Below are positions 41,601-54,740 of a DNA stretch of 64,000 nucleotides, one piece after another (the stretch's first letter is position 1; each line of letters starts with the position of its first letter). The DNA comes from Lama guanicoe (Eukaryota), in contig MU056050.1 in the NCBI GenBank assembly GCA_013239625.1, positions 6,835,838-6,899,837 on the forward strand. Direction: 5' to 3'. The notes below the pieces were generated by a model. It did no database searches and was not told where the DNA came from. It saw nothing but the letters and a program-made list of their open reading frames with translations. A program made the position numbers and the translations under genes.

Positions 41601-42989
41601 GCCCTCTTCCCACTGACTTCCCTCCCTTTCACAGCCTGCTCTCCCACTTCTTCCTGCTCAGAGCACTGGAGAGGTAGAAGAAATGAAAATCTCTTCTGTC
41701 TCTGCTTGCTGAAGCAAATCAGCCTTTGAGGACTTAAGTGTTTCTGGGTAACAAAGTCGAATGTTGTCTCTGAAATTGCCTTGGTGGATACCTAGAATGC
41801 CAGATCAACTGTAGTTTTGGTGGCTCAGGCCACTATTTTTTTTTTTGATAATGACGATGATGGTGATGACGGCATGATGATGAGTGACCTGATTTGATGC
41901 TTACAGTCTAGCTGGAAGGTTGCCAAGAAAACAGATGAAATGACTAGAGAACAAATATATTCTAAAGGGTGTGGTACAGACACAAAGTGTGATAGAAATT
42001 CCTAAGAAAAGAGAATTGAAGAGAAGTCGGAGAAGGTTTTAGGAAGAAGGTGGAGGTATGAGCCAAGCCTTGAAGAATGGGTAGGATTTGGATAGAGCAA
42101 CGAGGGGTGGGGCTGGGGAAACCAAGTCTGTTGGGGAAGGTGGACCAGCAGGACCAAAGGTACAGAGGAGGGAATGAACCAGGTGGAGCTGAGTAGTTGG
42201 AAACCAGGTTGGGTGGGGTCCAGTTATGGCAGACAGAAATCTTGCCATTTTGCTGCCACATGCAGTAGAGGGTTAACAGAATTTGCTGAAGAAGGAGATG
42301 ACATGCTGATATCAAGCAGGGATTTAGAAAGGCTAGTTTGAAAGCAGTATGCAAGAGGCCCTGGAGTGGAAACATCCCAAATCCAAAAGACTGCTGTAGT
42401 CCAGGAGTTAGGAGAGGAAAGTCTGACCAAGAGACATAGAAATCTAAATAGAAGAAGGGGGTGAATTCGAAGGCCACGTCCATAGAGGAGATGAAGGGAA
42501 GCCTGGACAATGAAAGCTGATGTTCAGAATAATGACTCTGGGGTCCTGAAAGATCTCCTTCAGCAAAGAGATTTAATTATATTTACTAGATTATACTTAC
42601 ATACTTCTAACTCCAAATAAAGGCTGTACTTAATTTTAAGAACCATAGTAGTCACTTAGTAATCATAATCACATTTTTTTCATAACTGAAAATTGCATAG
42701 GGCCTAGGCATGAGCATGAATACTCTTGTCCAAGACTTTGGATATGTAAGGAAATAGATTGGGCTGAATGTGTGTAGACTCCAGAGTATCCCCTGGGAGT
42801 TGTATCTTTATATATGTTACTGATTAGTCCAAAAGCTGATATGCAGAATTAGAATCCAGTGAGCTAAATTACCTTCTACACAACAAAGAAATGAACTTAA
42901 AATAAATTGAGCCACAAGGTGAGATTTTAACACTAACTTTGTTTTGTTTAAAAAGTTATGCCAAAAACCCCCCACAAAATCCAAAGCGA

Positions 42990-43860
42990 TTTTGTTTGCA
43001 GTAGAAAATTTGGAAAATACAAAAAAAGAGGAGAAAATAAATGTCAGCGAAAGTCCCACTGTTTGTAACTAACCAGTAATGTTCTGGTGTATACATTTCC
43101 AGTCTTTCCTATGCATATTTCTATATTTAATTTTTTGAAAATTAGGACCAAAGCATATGAAAAATTTTGTGTCCTACTTTTTTCACTTATATTTTGTGAG
43201 CATTTCCTCCACCATTTGTTCTTTGAAAAGGTTATTTTTAATGGCTGCATAATAGCATATATAATAATAGATACATATATTTAGATATACATAAGATGTA
43301 TATCTATCTACACACACACACACACACACACATTTTAGCTATTCATCTCCTAGTGAACATTTAGGTTGTTTCTTGTTTTTTAAAAAGTATAAATAACACT
43401 GTGATGAAGATCTTTGTACAAATTTTTAACCACATATCTCTTCTTTCTTTTTTTTCTTTCCCCTCAGTTTTATTGAGATGTAATTGACATATATCACTGT
43501 ATAAGGTTCAGGTGTGTAGCATCATGGTTTGACTTACACATATTGTGAAATGGTGGCCGCAGTGAGTTTAGTGAACATCCAACCCCTTACACAGAATAAA
43601 AAGAAAAAGCAAAATGAAAACTTTTTTCCTTGTGATGAGAATTTACCCTCTTAACAACTTTCATATATATCATACACCTGTGGTAACTGTGATCATCATG
43701 CTGTATAGTACATCCTGAGGACTTATTTATCTTATTTGCTATTTCTTTTGTATAGATTTCTGGAAGTGGGATTATAGGCTCTAAGAGTTTTGTACATTTT
43801 TAAGGTTTTTGATCATATTGCCAAATTACCCTCCAAGAAAGTTGACCAATTTGCATTCCA
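42990..43860 (-). mobile_element. Old L1M fragment interrupted by (CA)11 (43311-43332) and a younger L1MA-type 3' end (43440-43735)
   Basis: catttaggttgtttc, gatttctggaagtgggatt, tattgccaaattaccctccaagaa; nested tttattgagatgtaattgacat...gacttatttatctta. Confidence 0.7.
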
Positions 43861-43976
43861 GTTTTTCAACTAAAAGCCTTAAGCTTTTCAACTCCAGACT
43901 TTCAACTAAAAATCTTAAGTCTTAATAAACCTTGGAAGAAACTTCTCTCTATACTTTGATCAGTCCATTCTGCCAG

Positions 43977-44031
43977 TTCCTGTGTCAGAGCTTGTCACCT
44001 CAAGCTTCCTGTGTCAGAGCTTGTCACCTCA
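43977..44031 (+). repeat. Perfect 26-bp direct repeat (period 29) upstream of RAB33A exon 2
   Basis: ttcctgtgtcagagcttgtcacctca at 43977-44002 and 44006-44031. Confidence 0.95.
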
Positions 44032-44117
44032 TTTTCATAATGCCACAGAACCATGTTTTCTCTTTTCTGTTCATGTTTCCTTTTTTGACTCCAAATACGG
44101 GTTTGTGTATCTTCCAG

Positions 44118-44573
44118 GTTCAAGTGTGGGACACGGCGGGTCAGGAACGCTTCCGCAAAAGCATGGTGGAACATTACTATCGCAACGTGCATGCCGTGGT
44201 CTTTGTCTATGACGTCACCAAGATGACATCCTTCACCAACCTCAAAATGTGGATCCAAGAATGCAATGGGCATGCCGTGCCTCCACTCGTCCCGAAAGTG
44301 CTTGTGGGCAACAAGTGTGACTTGAGGGAACAGATCCAGGTGCCCTCCAACTTAGCCCTGAAATTCGCCGATGCTCACAACATGCTCTTGTTTGAGACAT
44401 CGGCCAAGGACCCTAAAGAGAGCCAGAACGTGGAGTCAATTTTCATGTGCCTGGCTTGCCGATTGAAGGCTCAGAAGTCCCTGCTCTATCGTGATGCTGA
44501 GAGGCAGCAGGGGAAGGTGCAGAAACTGGAGTTCCCACAGGAAGCTAACAGTAAAACTTCCTGTCCCTGTTGA
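44118..44573 (+). CDS. RAB33A: RAB33A exon 2 coding ([10 protein letters not shown]...NKCD...ETSAK...SCPC*)
   Basis: TTCCAG|GTT; G3, G4 and G5 motifs; C-terminal CXC geranylgeranylation motif; spliced ORF 714 nt = 237 aa. Confidence 0.97.
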   Translation, partial: VQVWDTAGQERFRKSMVEHYYRNVHAVVFVYDVTKMTSFTNLKMWIQECNGHAVPPLVPKVLVGNKCDLREQIQVPSNLALKFADAHNMLLFETSAKDPKESQNVESIFMCLACRLKAQKSLLYRDAERQQGKVQKLEFPQEANSKTSCPC

Positions 44574-44683
44574 AACCAAATGGTGTAAATACAAGACCAA
44601 TTATCACTGGAGTTTTTTTTTCTTTCCCTTTTTTTTCCGTGCCTGCATAACACTGATACCTGCTTGTTTCCATACAAATTGAT

Positions 44684-44694
44684 ATTAAAATAAA
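44684..44694 (+). terminator. RAB33A: RAB33A polyadenylation signal (overlapping ATTAAA/AATAAA)
   Basis: attaaaataaa about 110 nt after TGA. Confidence 0.8.
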
Positions 44695-46239
44695 ATTTGT
44701 ATAGATTATCACATGCCTTCACGTCTTGCTTTCCTCCAAGAAGACATTTCTGATTGTGATGAATAGGAGAGGCACCTTGCCCTACTAGAAAAGTATACCA
44801 GTGCCAAGGCTCACTCCCTACCAGCCTTCTACGCCACCTGAAATGCTCCTCATTTGAGTCACTTCTTCAGGACTATTTCCTGCTCTCACATGATGTCATC
44901 AGTGGGCAGAAATACCCAGAGGGAGTGGAATACAGGCCAGATACGTTTTTCTAGACAGCCAGTGCAGGCAGAGGGATAAAGTTTTGAAAGGAGACATTGA
45001 CTCATCATTTCCTCAGTTCCCTGGATGTTGAGAGTAGGCTGCTCTCTTCTTATGTCCCAAAATTTAAAAATAAAAAGTAGAGGTTACCCAACAGGCCCAG
45101 TTGCTTCCAAAGTAGTTAGATCCTGCATCCCCATTTTCCACCAAGCCACCTTGATACCAAAATTGTTTCTTTCCCCCGTCCTTTCTTGGAGAGGGTAGAG
45201 TTCAAACTAACAAATATCTATGATGCCCCCAGATCTTTGCTGGGTGCTCCAGAAGATACACAACAAGAGGAAGATTTATCCCCTCTGTTCCAAGACCCTC
45301 TGATCTAGTTGTGAGGACAATGTATATACTGAAACTACCTGGGGACGAAGATTAGACAATAATATTACCAAGTGTGAGACTTTGCTATGAGAATTGAGAG
45401 CATTTTGTACCCAACATCAGGGAGGGGGTCACCAAAAATAACTGGACTTATTTTGGATGTTGAATAAAGTGTAACATTTGGATTGGTAAAAAGGAAGGGA
45501 GTAGGCAAAAGTAGGGAGGCAGGAATGACCCTGGGGATTGAGCCAAAGGAGTTCCCAAGATGTCCTTGCCTTGGACAATAGCTGGGAGCCACACAATCAG
45601 CTGGACTCTGCAGCTCTGCCTTTGGGGCTGTAGGATCTTGTCGTTGGGACCCCCAGAACTACCCTTCCCCTAGTGTCTGAGTATTTGCTCAGGCCCCCGA
45701 TTCAGCCTGAGGACTTGCTCGGGCTGAGCTCAGTGTGTCTGAGAACTATCTCAGCAGAATCCTTCCCTCGGAAAACAAGACCAGATGCTGCTCTGAGCAC
45801 CACCACCTAGAGCAGTGCTGGGGAGGGGTACTCAGCCCAGAATAGCTGGAGAAGCGTGGCCCCCAAGTGTAGCTGACTGCAGCCCACCCTCAGTGTGTGG
45901 GGGGGGGGATGGAGGGCTTGGTGTTGTGCTGAGAGCTCCCTGGAAAGCAAGGCTCAGCTTCTGCAACTTTGAGTGGGAGATGCAGAGAGAAGTCAGTGAT
46001 TGTTCTCTTACAACATCTGAGGGGACAGAGTTGCTGCCCCAACTTGTAAAGCCCTCCCCCCACCCACCATCCCTCATCTCCTCAATGGGAGGGGCCTTGC
46101 TCCCTCTAGAAGGGCTGGCCAAGGCTCCACCTGTTTCACATCTTGTTCTGACCCTAAGTCCCCTTAACTGTCTATGTCCCTAATGGTTGGTGCTGCAGCA
46201 GCAGGACTGAGATGGGGTCCCAGAGATTCCCCTAGATTA

Positions 46240-46405
46240 GAAGTTCCCAAATGCTAGTTCACAGATGACTACATGAAATCAGTTGGCAACTTGTTAAAGT
46301 ATAGATTCTTGGGGCACTGGCCTCAGACACTCTGGTCTACTAGCTCTGGGGCAAGGCCCAGGAATTTTTCTTTTTTAATATCCATAGTTGATTCTGATGT
46401 GCCTC
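46240..46405. mobile_element. MER5-family hAT MITE relic
   Basis: cttgttaaagtatagattcttggg...ctctggggcaaggcccaggaat...ttgattctgatgtgc. Confidence 0.6.
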
Positions 46406-46756
46406 CAGGCCCTCCCCGCCTCCTGGTCTCTGTCTCTATCTCTGTCTCTGTCTCTCTCTTTCCATAGGCTTCCAGACAAACTCAAAAATCTGAAACTACC
46501 TTTCCTCAGTCAGGCCTTCAAAACCAATAATCTAGGTAACCATGGAATCCAGCCTGGGGAGGTGCATTCTTTCTTAGGAGAAATGAAACTGTTGCAGTCA
46601 TATCGAATGTCCTTGAGCTGTTCGTCTGAAACTAGTAGGCAAGAGCCTCTTAACCACGAAAGGCAAATGAACCAACCCAGAGTATAAACAGCTCTACACT
46701 GAGGACCACTTTGGAGGCAAAATTGATAATTTAAATAGAGATTGCATGTCTGCTGT

Positions 46757-46770
46757 GCGCCCTCTCCTGG
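46757..46770 (-). promoter_or_regulatory. Candidate CTCF core motif
   Basis: - strand CCAGGAGAGGGCGC versus consensus CCASYAGRKGGCRS. Confidence 0.5.
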
Positions 46771-46924
46771 TAAAATTAGTGAAGGCTGGAAAGTGTTTAC
46801 CAGCAGTTTTTCTGCCGAGGGATGATCCTGGGATGGAAACTCATACAGAAGGAGCTAATCCTGGTCTCTGTCTGGGCTCCTAGACGCCTGGAACTAGAAA
46901 GGTTACCGATTTTTAAAGGAGATT

Positions 46925-47125
46925 TATTGCGGTAAAATTGATAAATAAAAAACTGAACATACTGAATTTATATCGTTTGATGGGTTTGGACATATGCACA
47001 CACCTGTGAAACGATTCACAATCAAGGTAATAAACATATCCATCACCCCCAAGTTTCTTTGTAGCCTCCCCCCTTTTTTGTGGCAATAACACTTAAAATT
47101 TGTTGAGAGGGTAGATCTCATGTTA
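46925..47125 (-). mobile_element. L1M 3'-end fragment(s)
   Basis: tttattgcggtaaaattga...cacacctgtgaaacgattcacaatcaaggtaataaacatatccatcacccccaag. Confidence 0.7.
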
Positions 47126-48880
47126 AGGTTTACTCTTATAAGTAAGCTACATTTACTAAATCACAGGGGCTTAACTCTCCTATGGGAAATCTATGACCAC
47201 TGGTAAGAACCACTAGCCTGGCAGCAGAGAGGAAGAGGAGACATTGAGAAGCACCTCATCTGTCCAAGGAGACAGATTTTGAAGCTGGATAGGCAAGTAG
47301 CCCTGGGAGATCCCTGGGGTCATAGAGAGTTTCCCCTAAACCATTACACAGTTGAAATAGACTGAGACATGGACCTCATGACCTGAGCTGACTCTGGTTG
47401 GTACTTAATCTCTTCCCAGCAATAAATTAAATACTGTGACCCGCTGCATTTAATCTTAAAGTACTGGAGAAAGCATCAGGTAAAACATGGGTAAGAACCC
47501 TGGCTAATCTGATCCCAACCCACCAATCCCAGGTGGAAACCCCAATGCTTCAGATAAAGGGGAAGTAGCTGACATCATGTGGTCCTGCCTATCCTTCCAG
47601 GGAGATGTGAGGGTGGTATCAGATCTAGCTTAATTTTCCACCTCTATACCTCCAACTGAAATAATGATAATTATTAATGGCAGATAACCTTTACTGTTTG
47701 CTCTGCACTGCCAAGTACCCTGTTACGTGCTTAACATGGACTATCATGCTTAATCATCACAATAACCTCCGAGGCACAGACTGAGAAAGCAGCCCGCCCA
47801 GAGTCACACCTCTGCCCAGTGTCAGAGCAGGGGCTCCCCACTCCCCGGTTTGAGCAGCTGCAGAGACAGAACTACAATGCTCACTCCTCTGATATCTCTA
47901 TTTCTTTCAAGCTGAAAGGAAGATGTGCTCCTGGGCTTGAGACTAAGGGCTCCCCTTCTGCTGCACCGAGGACTAAGTAGTAGATTAGTTGTGAGCTGAT
48001 GCTAGATGCCAGGGCTTGATCTGGTGAAATCACTCTTAGCTCAGGGGTAGGCCCAGAACATGGGAGGGAGGGGCTGAATAGGCATCTGAGGATCAAACTG
48101 TCCTCCTAGGAGGAGAGGGCAGGGCAGGGGGATAGGAAGCCTAGGAACAAGCTAGCTCTAACAGCTGGAACTTTAAAAAAGGTATTTCAGAAGAGCTTCT
48201 TGCACCGTTTGAGAGATGGGGAGAAATGACCTTTAAGAAACTTTCCACTTCTTGATTCCTATGAACAACAAGAACACTGTGATTTTTTTCTTTGATGGCC
48301 ACATGCATTTTTAAGCCAGCTATGAAGATAATGAAGTTTTAGGCTTCTGGATAAGGATTGCTTCCTTGTCTGCAGATCGGAAGTCAGCTTGGAAATTGTG
48401 CAGATATTCCGTTTAAGAAAATGCTCAAATCTGACTAAAGCTGGGGCAGGGAGGATGGTGCTTCTGTAATGTAAACAAGTCAGCAATTCCTGATGCCATT
48501 TAATTTTCAGAATGACAAGTGACCTCAGTTTGCTCCTCTGTAAAATGGGATTGCAAATCATCTTTATGGGTTTTTTTGACAATTTAAAAGATAATGTGTG
48601 TGAAATGTAGTTTATGTATAAACATTTTGTATATTATACTTTATTCAATTCCCCTAATCACCAGAAATTGACACATTATAAACTGATAATAACTCAATAA
48701 AAAACAAACAAAACAAAAACTAAACAGTTCTACATAAAACAAAGTGTTTATTTAACAACTAGATTAAAAAAAAGCCAATTCCCCTAATCTAAAGGGCACT
48801 AGGAAGAAATGAAAATGAAAGGCTATTCAGGTTTTTTCAGATCACTTAGTTTTAAAAATAAAGCTGCATTGAGTATATTC

Positions 48881-49081
48881 TTCTTTCTTATTTTTTAAAT
48901 TGAAGTATAGTTGATTTATAATGTTGTGTTAATTCCTGCTGTACAGCATAGTAATTCAGCTATATATATACATATATATATTTCATTTCATATTCTTTTT
49001 CATTATAGGTTATTACAAGGTATTGAATATAGTTAGTTCCCTGTGCTATACAGTAGGATCTTGTTGTTTATCTATTTTATA
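48881..49081 (-). mobile_element. Lineage-type (cetartiodactyl-like) L1 3' end with TSD
   Basis: ttgaagtatagttgattta...ttccctgtgctatacagtagga; TSD gagtatatt at 48871 and 49082. Confidence 0.8.
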
Positions 49082-50059
49082 GAGTATATTTTTTTAATTA
49101 TTCAGAACTGAGGTAATCTGATCACAAAGCCACATGGAAGTCACTAAGAGAACTAAGTCAACTTTTAAAAATCACTTCAAATTGTAGTCATTGGGACATT
49201 TGAGCCAATCAATTAATAGACAACTGGTTAGCCTAGTTTTCTAAGCTTGAGATATTTACAGATTCACCCAAGGATTCTTATGTTCCGAGGGCTACAGGTT
49301 TGCTAGATAGCAATACCCCATTCTATTCTCAACATTTTATCAAGAAAAAGAAACTTGTACAACTTCAAATGTTCCTTCTGTTCTATGTTATAATTAATCT
49401 ATTCAGGCAGATATACTGGAGAAGATGGAGGACAGGGAAAGAGATTAGGGGAAAACAGAGCAATTCCAAGACCAAGTGACAATATCCTTAAATTCTGACA
49501 AAGGCAGGTACTTTTTTAATCACTTCAAAGTCCTACTAAAGAAAAGGACACTTTTCTGCTGATATTTACGATTATACTTTTTCATAAAATTACTGGTATT
49601 AGATAATAGCCGAGATTCCTGGAAATGAATTCCTGGTAATGATCATTTAAAAGTTTCCTGTAAAGATGGGATACTTTCAGCACAAAAGGAATGTTTTCCT
49701 CCAAAGCAGATTGGATTCTGTGCTCATTTTTAACAAGGCAGTGTCTTTTCATAGTCTTGACAGGAAAAGCCAGAACTACACTCATTTCTGACGTTAGAGA
49801 AGCACTATGATAAGATGCCATCCACCTTGCAGCTTGAAGTAAGGTATGGCAAGATCTGGGAACTATAAGCCAAAGTTACGGATAACCAGAGTGCTGGCAG
49901 ACTGCCTTTAAAGTTGTCAGTGAGAGGATTCCACTGATGTGTAGTTCGCAGGGTCTCCTTCGAGCAGTAGTAATAGAAGCAACAGCAACGAGAGCAACAC
50001 GGCAGGAGCAACAGCAGGAATGGCATTAACATTAGTGGTACTGGGGTAAACAGCAGCAT

Positions 50060-50245
50060 TTAGTGAGCACCTACTTTTGGCCAGGCCACTGCTGTATACG
50101 CTATTCACTGGTTTAATTCCCTCATCTCTATGAGTAGGTGCTGTTGTTTCCCTTTCACAAATGAGGAAACTGAAGCCCAGAGCCCAAAGTTGTTGGCCAG
50201 GCAGGAACTTCGACCTTGGCAGTCTGCTGCAGAGCCTGGGCTCTC
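50060..50245 (-). mobile_element. MIR SINE
   Basis: ctatgagtaggtgctg...cacaaatgaggaaactgaagcccagag. Confidence 0.7.
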
Positions 50246-51329
50246 AGCCACCCCACCAAACTGCCCCTGTAAGGTACAGGGAGGCTTTACTGTGAGTTGG
50301 AGATCATAGCTTACGATCTTAGTATCAAGGAAAATCTCTTGAAACTGTTTAAGCAGGAAGTAAACCTTACAGAGTAAGAAACGCCTTAACAGATAAAAAT
50401 AGGCTGAAAATAGTAATAGTTTCAGGAAAAGTAGGCAAGTGGGTAGATTTGATAAGCTAAGCATGAGTTACAGTGAGAAGCCAGACATAATTATGAGTCT
50501 GAAGCTTCTTGAATTTGAAACAATATAAAGTGACCATACCCTCCAACACAAATTACTGGTCTGTTCCAGTTACATAGCTACTTTACAAACGCAATCATGA
50601 GCATAAAATTTTTACTGATATAATTTCTAAAAATATGAAAATGGATATTGCTAGCCTCCAGTTTCGTAGTCCACCTTACAAATGATTTATGAATGTGAAT
50701 GAAATGTCTAGTTCACCTTAGTCAACACTCTCATCCAACTTTTTTATTTCCCAAATCAGAAAATCTGAGTAAAGATTATTCTAGGTCAGCATTCTCCACA
50801 CTACATCTTATGGAGATTAATGTTTAAAAGTTATTAAGTATTGGTGGAGAAATTCTGGGGTCAAATAAAGTGCCCGCTAAATTTTTTCTTAGAAAACCAA
50901 AGACTGCATGTAGCATGAAAAAATCCACAATAAAGAATTATTTAACTGTAACCCCTCATAACCTAAATTTATTTGACCATGGCACCTTTATTTTGCAGAG
51001 CATTTACAAATCAGCTCTAGACCTAGATTCTTCTTTTGCAGAAAGGGAAGAATATTACTTTTACAAGAGTACATGTAGAATTAACCATGCCTAGGAGTAA
51101 TTGCAGTATTTCACTTTCTCAATGTCGAAAAATTCCCCATTTCTGCTGTTGAGGATACAAGTATGTGGCATTCTGAATTCATTTTTTCAAAGAACAAATT
51201 ATAAGTGATGTTTAGGTATAACCAAAATAGAATCATAGACTCCAAAAACCCCAGAACAAGTTAATACCCACCTTTTACAATAGGACATTTGAGGTCAAGG
51301 ACACTGCTCACATCACTAGCCACTCCCCA

Positions 51330-53335
51330 GCCTCCTCTGCTGATTTCCTTCTCATCTCTCTAACTGCTTATTGTTGAGATGCCTCAGAGCTTCAACTGTA
51401 GACCCTGTCCTTTCTCTACCTCTATAGCCTTTGGTGATCTCATAGTATTGTGATTTTACAAAACTTAAATGTCCCTGACAGCCTGGATCTCTTCCCTAAA
51501 CTCCAAGCTCACACATCAGAATGTCCATGACATCCCCTCTTGGATACCTAATAGGCATCTCAAATTTATACATGTACAAAATTAAAGTCCTCATCTTCTC
51601 TCCCACCTTTGCTCCTCCTTTAGTCTTCTCCATCTTAGTTAATATCAACATCATCTTTCCAGTTGTTTAGGCTAATGACCATACTATCCTCCACAACAGT
51701 TTTTCTCTCACACCTCACATCCAAACCATCAACAGATTCTGTTGGTGCAAACGTCATGCTATACCCCCAATTGAGCCACTTATAAACCTACACTCCTACC
51801 ATCCTAATCCAAACCTCTGTTATCTCCCATCTGGACTGTTACAATAGCATCCTAACTGATCTCCCTGATTCTTGCCTTTGGTCCCCTGCACTTATTCTCA
51901 ACACAGCAGCTAGAGTGATTTTGTTAAGAATGTACTTAAGAATTTTTGTTTTACATTGAGGTATAAAACACTTCTGTATTCAAGATCCACTAATGACTTC
52001 CTGTCCCAGAATAAAAGCCAAATCTTTACAATTGCCTGTAAGGCCCTGCACTACATGGCCCACAGCACCTCCTTGGCCCCATCTCCTACTACTCTCCCCC
52101 TTCCCTCCAGCTCTAGTGCAACCACATCATTTCGTTGCTGTTCCTTGAGCCAGGCATGATCCAACTTCAGGGACCTTTAAACAACTCCTTTCATCATTAT
52201 GTTAGCTGAAGATTTTTAACTTTGATTAAGAAGGTTTCCTTCATATTCTTAGCTTGCTAATGTTGTCAGTGGTGTTGGTTTCTTTCTCTTTTTTTCTTTT
52301 GGTAGAAGATTCACATATAATAAAATTAACCATTCTAAAGTGAACAATTCAGTCGTATTTAGTACATTCACAATGCTGTCTCCTAAACACAGTCATCACC
52401 CTGAAAAGAAAACCCTGTACCCCTTAAGCAGTTGTTTCCTATTCCCTCCTTCCCACAGCCTCTGGCAAACACCAACCTGCTTTCTGTCTCTGTGGATTTG
52501 CTTATTCTGTCTATTACATATACATGTAATTACATAGTATGTGACTTTCTATGATTTTTGTTTCACTTAGCATCATCTTTTTGAGGTCCATCCAACATTG
52601 TAGCATGTATCATTCTTCATTCCTTTTCATGGCTAGATAATATTCCACTGCATGAATATTCATGCACTACAATTCATGTATATTCATGTACTACAATTTA
52701 TTTATCCTTTCATCTTTTGTTGACATTTGGGCTGTTTCTACCTTTTAGCTATTGTGAATAGTGCTATTATGCATATACAAGTATCTGATTCCCTGCTTTT
52801 GATTCTTTTGGATACATACCTAGGAGTAGAATTGCTGGGTCCTTGATACTAAGGTGAGAATGGTGATTCTATGTTTAACTTTTTGAGGACCTGTCAGACT
52901 GCTTTGCACAGTGGCTGAACCATTTTACATTACCATCAGCAATGTATGAGGATTCCAATTTCCAATTTCCCCTTTGGGGCTTTTGTCTTTGCTGTTGTCT
53001 CTCTGGAGTGTTCTTCTGATAGACACTCAAGTGGCTCACTTCCTCACCTCCAGGTCTTTAACTCAATTATCTTCTCATGGAGGCCTACCAGGATCTCCAA
53101 ATTTAAAATGGCAACCTCCCAGCTCCCAACCCATACTCACTATCCTCCCTCCCTACTTAATTTTTCTCCATAGTATTGATCATCATCTGACATAGTATAT
53201 AATTTTCTCATTTTCTATCTTCTACCACCGAAAAGTACACTCCACAAGGGCAGAGAATTCAGTCTGTTTTACCAGCATGTAGAATAGTGGCAGGCATATA
53301 GTAAGTGCTCAATATTTTCTAAACAAATAAATGAG
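51330..53335 (+). mobile_element. L2a element split by a nested antisense L1MB 3' fragment (about 52290-52965)
   Basis: L2 motifs ctaataggcatctcaaa, ctcaacacagcagctagagtgat and terminal catatagtaagtgctcaata; L1 motifs acctaggagtagaattgctgggtc, catcagcaatgtatgaggattccaatt. Confidence 0.8.
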
Positions 53336-54239
53336 ACCCAAAGAGGTATTTTGGCAGAGTCTGACAAAATAGAGCAAGAAACTAAATCTTTGTAGTTCAG
53401 AGATTATTTTTCTAGTAATAGTGATGGATTGAAACTGAGCCAATCACACCTTTTATTTGGCTGTAACTAAAAAACACTAAAAAACACATATTCATGAAAT
53501 GGCTATTTTTGAATCAGGTGAAATAAGTATTTAGAATATCTTGAAAGTAAAGGGATCACTATTGTCAAGCTAAAACTCATTAACACCAATTAAAACTCAA
53601 CTAACTGCCTATAATAAGCAAGCTTAAGTCTGACTGTCTGACATGTTTTATTTAAAAATGAATTTTAAAAAGATGCTATAAGACACAGAACTTTAAGAGC
53701 ATTATAATTTAAGAAAATGTACCTAATATATACTGTAAGAAATAGAATCCTATGGAAGAACACAAAGGTGCACCCCTGCCTAAAATATTGCCATAGCAAG
53801 AATGTGGTTTACCATATTTGTGAACTATGACAGAGGCAGAGAAAATATCTGTATATAAAAAAAGAACCTATGTTAAAACCACAAAGAAGTTATTTCTGGG
53901 CAAAAGTTAAAAACTTGGGGTAATTAACGCTGATGATTCATTCATTTGAAATGGTTAAAACAGTAAATTTTACGTTATATATTTTACCACAATTTTTGAA
54001 AAGCAAAACAAAAATGGGTAGAAAGATAGTGAATGAGAAAACATCTTAGAGATAGATATGGAAATAAAGATTAGAATATCACCAAGTCCACTACCAAGAA
54101 ACAAGCAACTCTTGGAAATTTTGGAAAGTTACTTACAGCAGAAATCAGCCTAGAAAATTAAAACTAACGAATTCAACTCTTTTGACTATAAGTTACAAGA
54201 AGTAGAATATATAACAAGTGGTCTTTGAAAATGGCTTTC

Positions 54240-54343
54240 GGAGTTCAGGTGTTTTGAGCACTGGCTACCCTGGACTCCTTGTCTGGTTCCCTGCAATAAA
54301 TGATGCACTTTCCTTCACCACGAAGAAGGGAAAAAAAAAAAAA
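54240..54343 (+). mobile_element. Polyadenylated LTR-like fragment with 13-bp TSD
   Basis: TSD gaaaatggctttc 54227-54239 / gaaaatggttttc 54344-54356; AATAAA 54295-54300; A13 54331-54343. Confidence 0.75.
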
Positions 54344-54366
54344 GAAAATGGTTTTCAATATATTTC

Positions 54367-54740
54367 TGCCATAGGCTGAATATTTGTCTTTCCCCACCTG
54401 CTCCACCAAATTCATATGCTGAAACTTAATCCCCAATATGATGGTATTTGGAGGTGGGGCCTTATTAGGTGAACAGGTCATGAGGGTGGGGCCCACATGA
54501 GAGAGATTAATGCCCTTGTAAAATAGACCCCAGAGAACTCTCTCGCCCTTTCCACCATGTGAGAACACAGCAGGAGGATGACGGTCTATGAACCAGGAAG
54601 TGGGTTCTCAACAGACACTGAATCTGCCAGCATTTTGATCATAGATTTTGCAGCCACTAGAACAACAGAAATAAATTTCTATCGTTTATGAGCCACCCAG
54701 TCTATGGTATTCTGTTATAGCTGCACACACAGATTAAGAT
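54367..54740 (+). mobile_element. MLT1A-type MaLR solo LTR
   Basis: tgccataggctgaat...aaattcatatgctgaaacttaatcccca...gagccacccagtctatggtattctgttatagc...taagat. Confidence 0.9.

Noticed and set aside
41962..42510. 182-aa ORF antisense in the RAB33A intron
   Set aside because: Leu/Phe/Ser/Pro-rich translation of the pyrimidine-rich strand of a degenerate L2-like region; no domain.
43932..44117. N-terminal 62 aa of the 213-aa ORF preceding RAB33A exon 2
   Set aside because: Intronic read-through upstream of a clear acceptor; starts at TTG and includes the tandem duplication.
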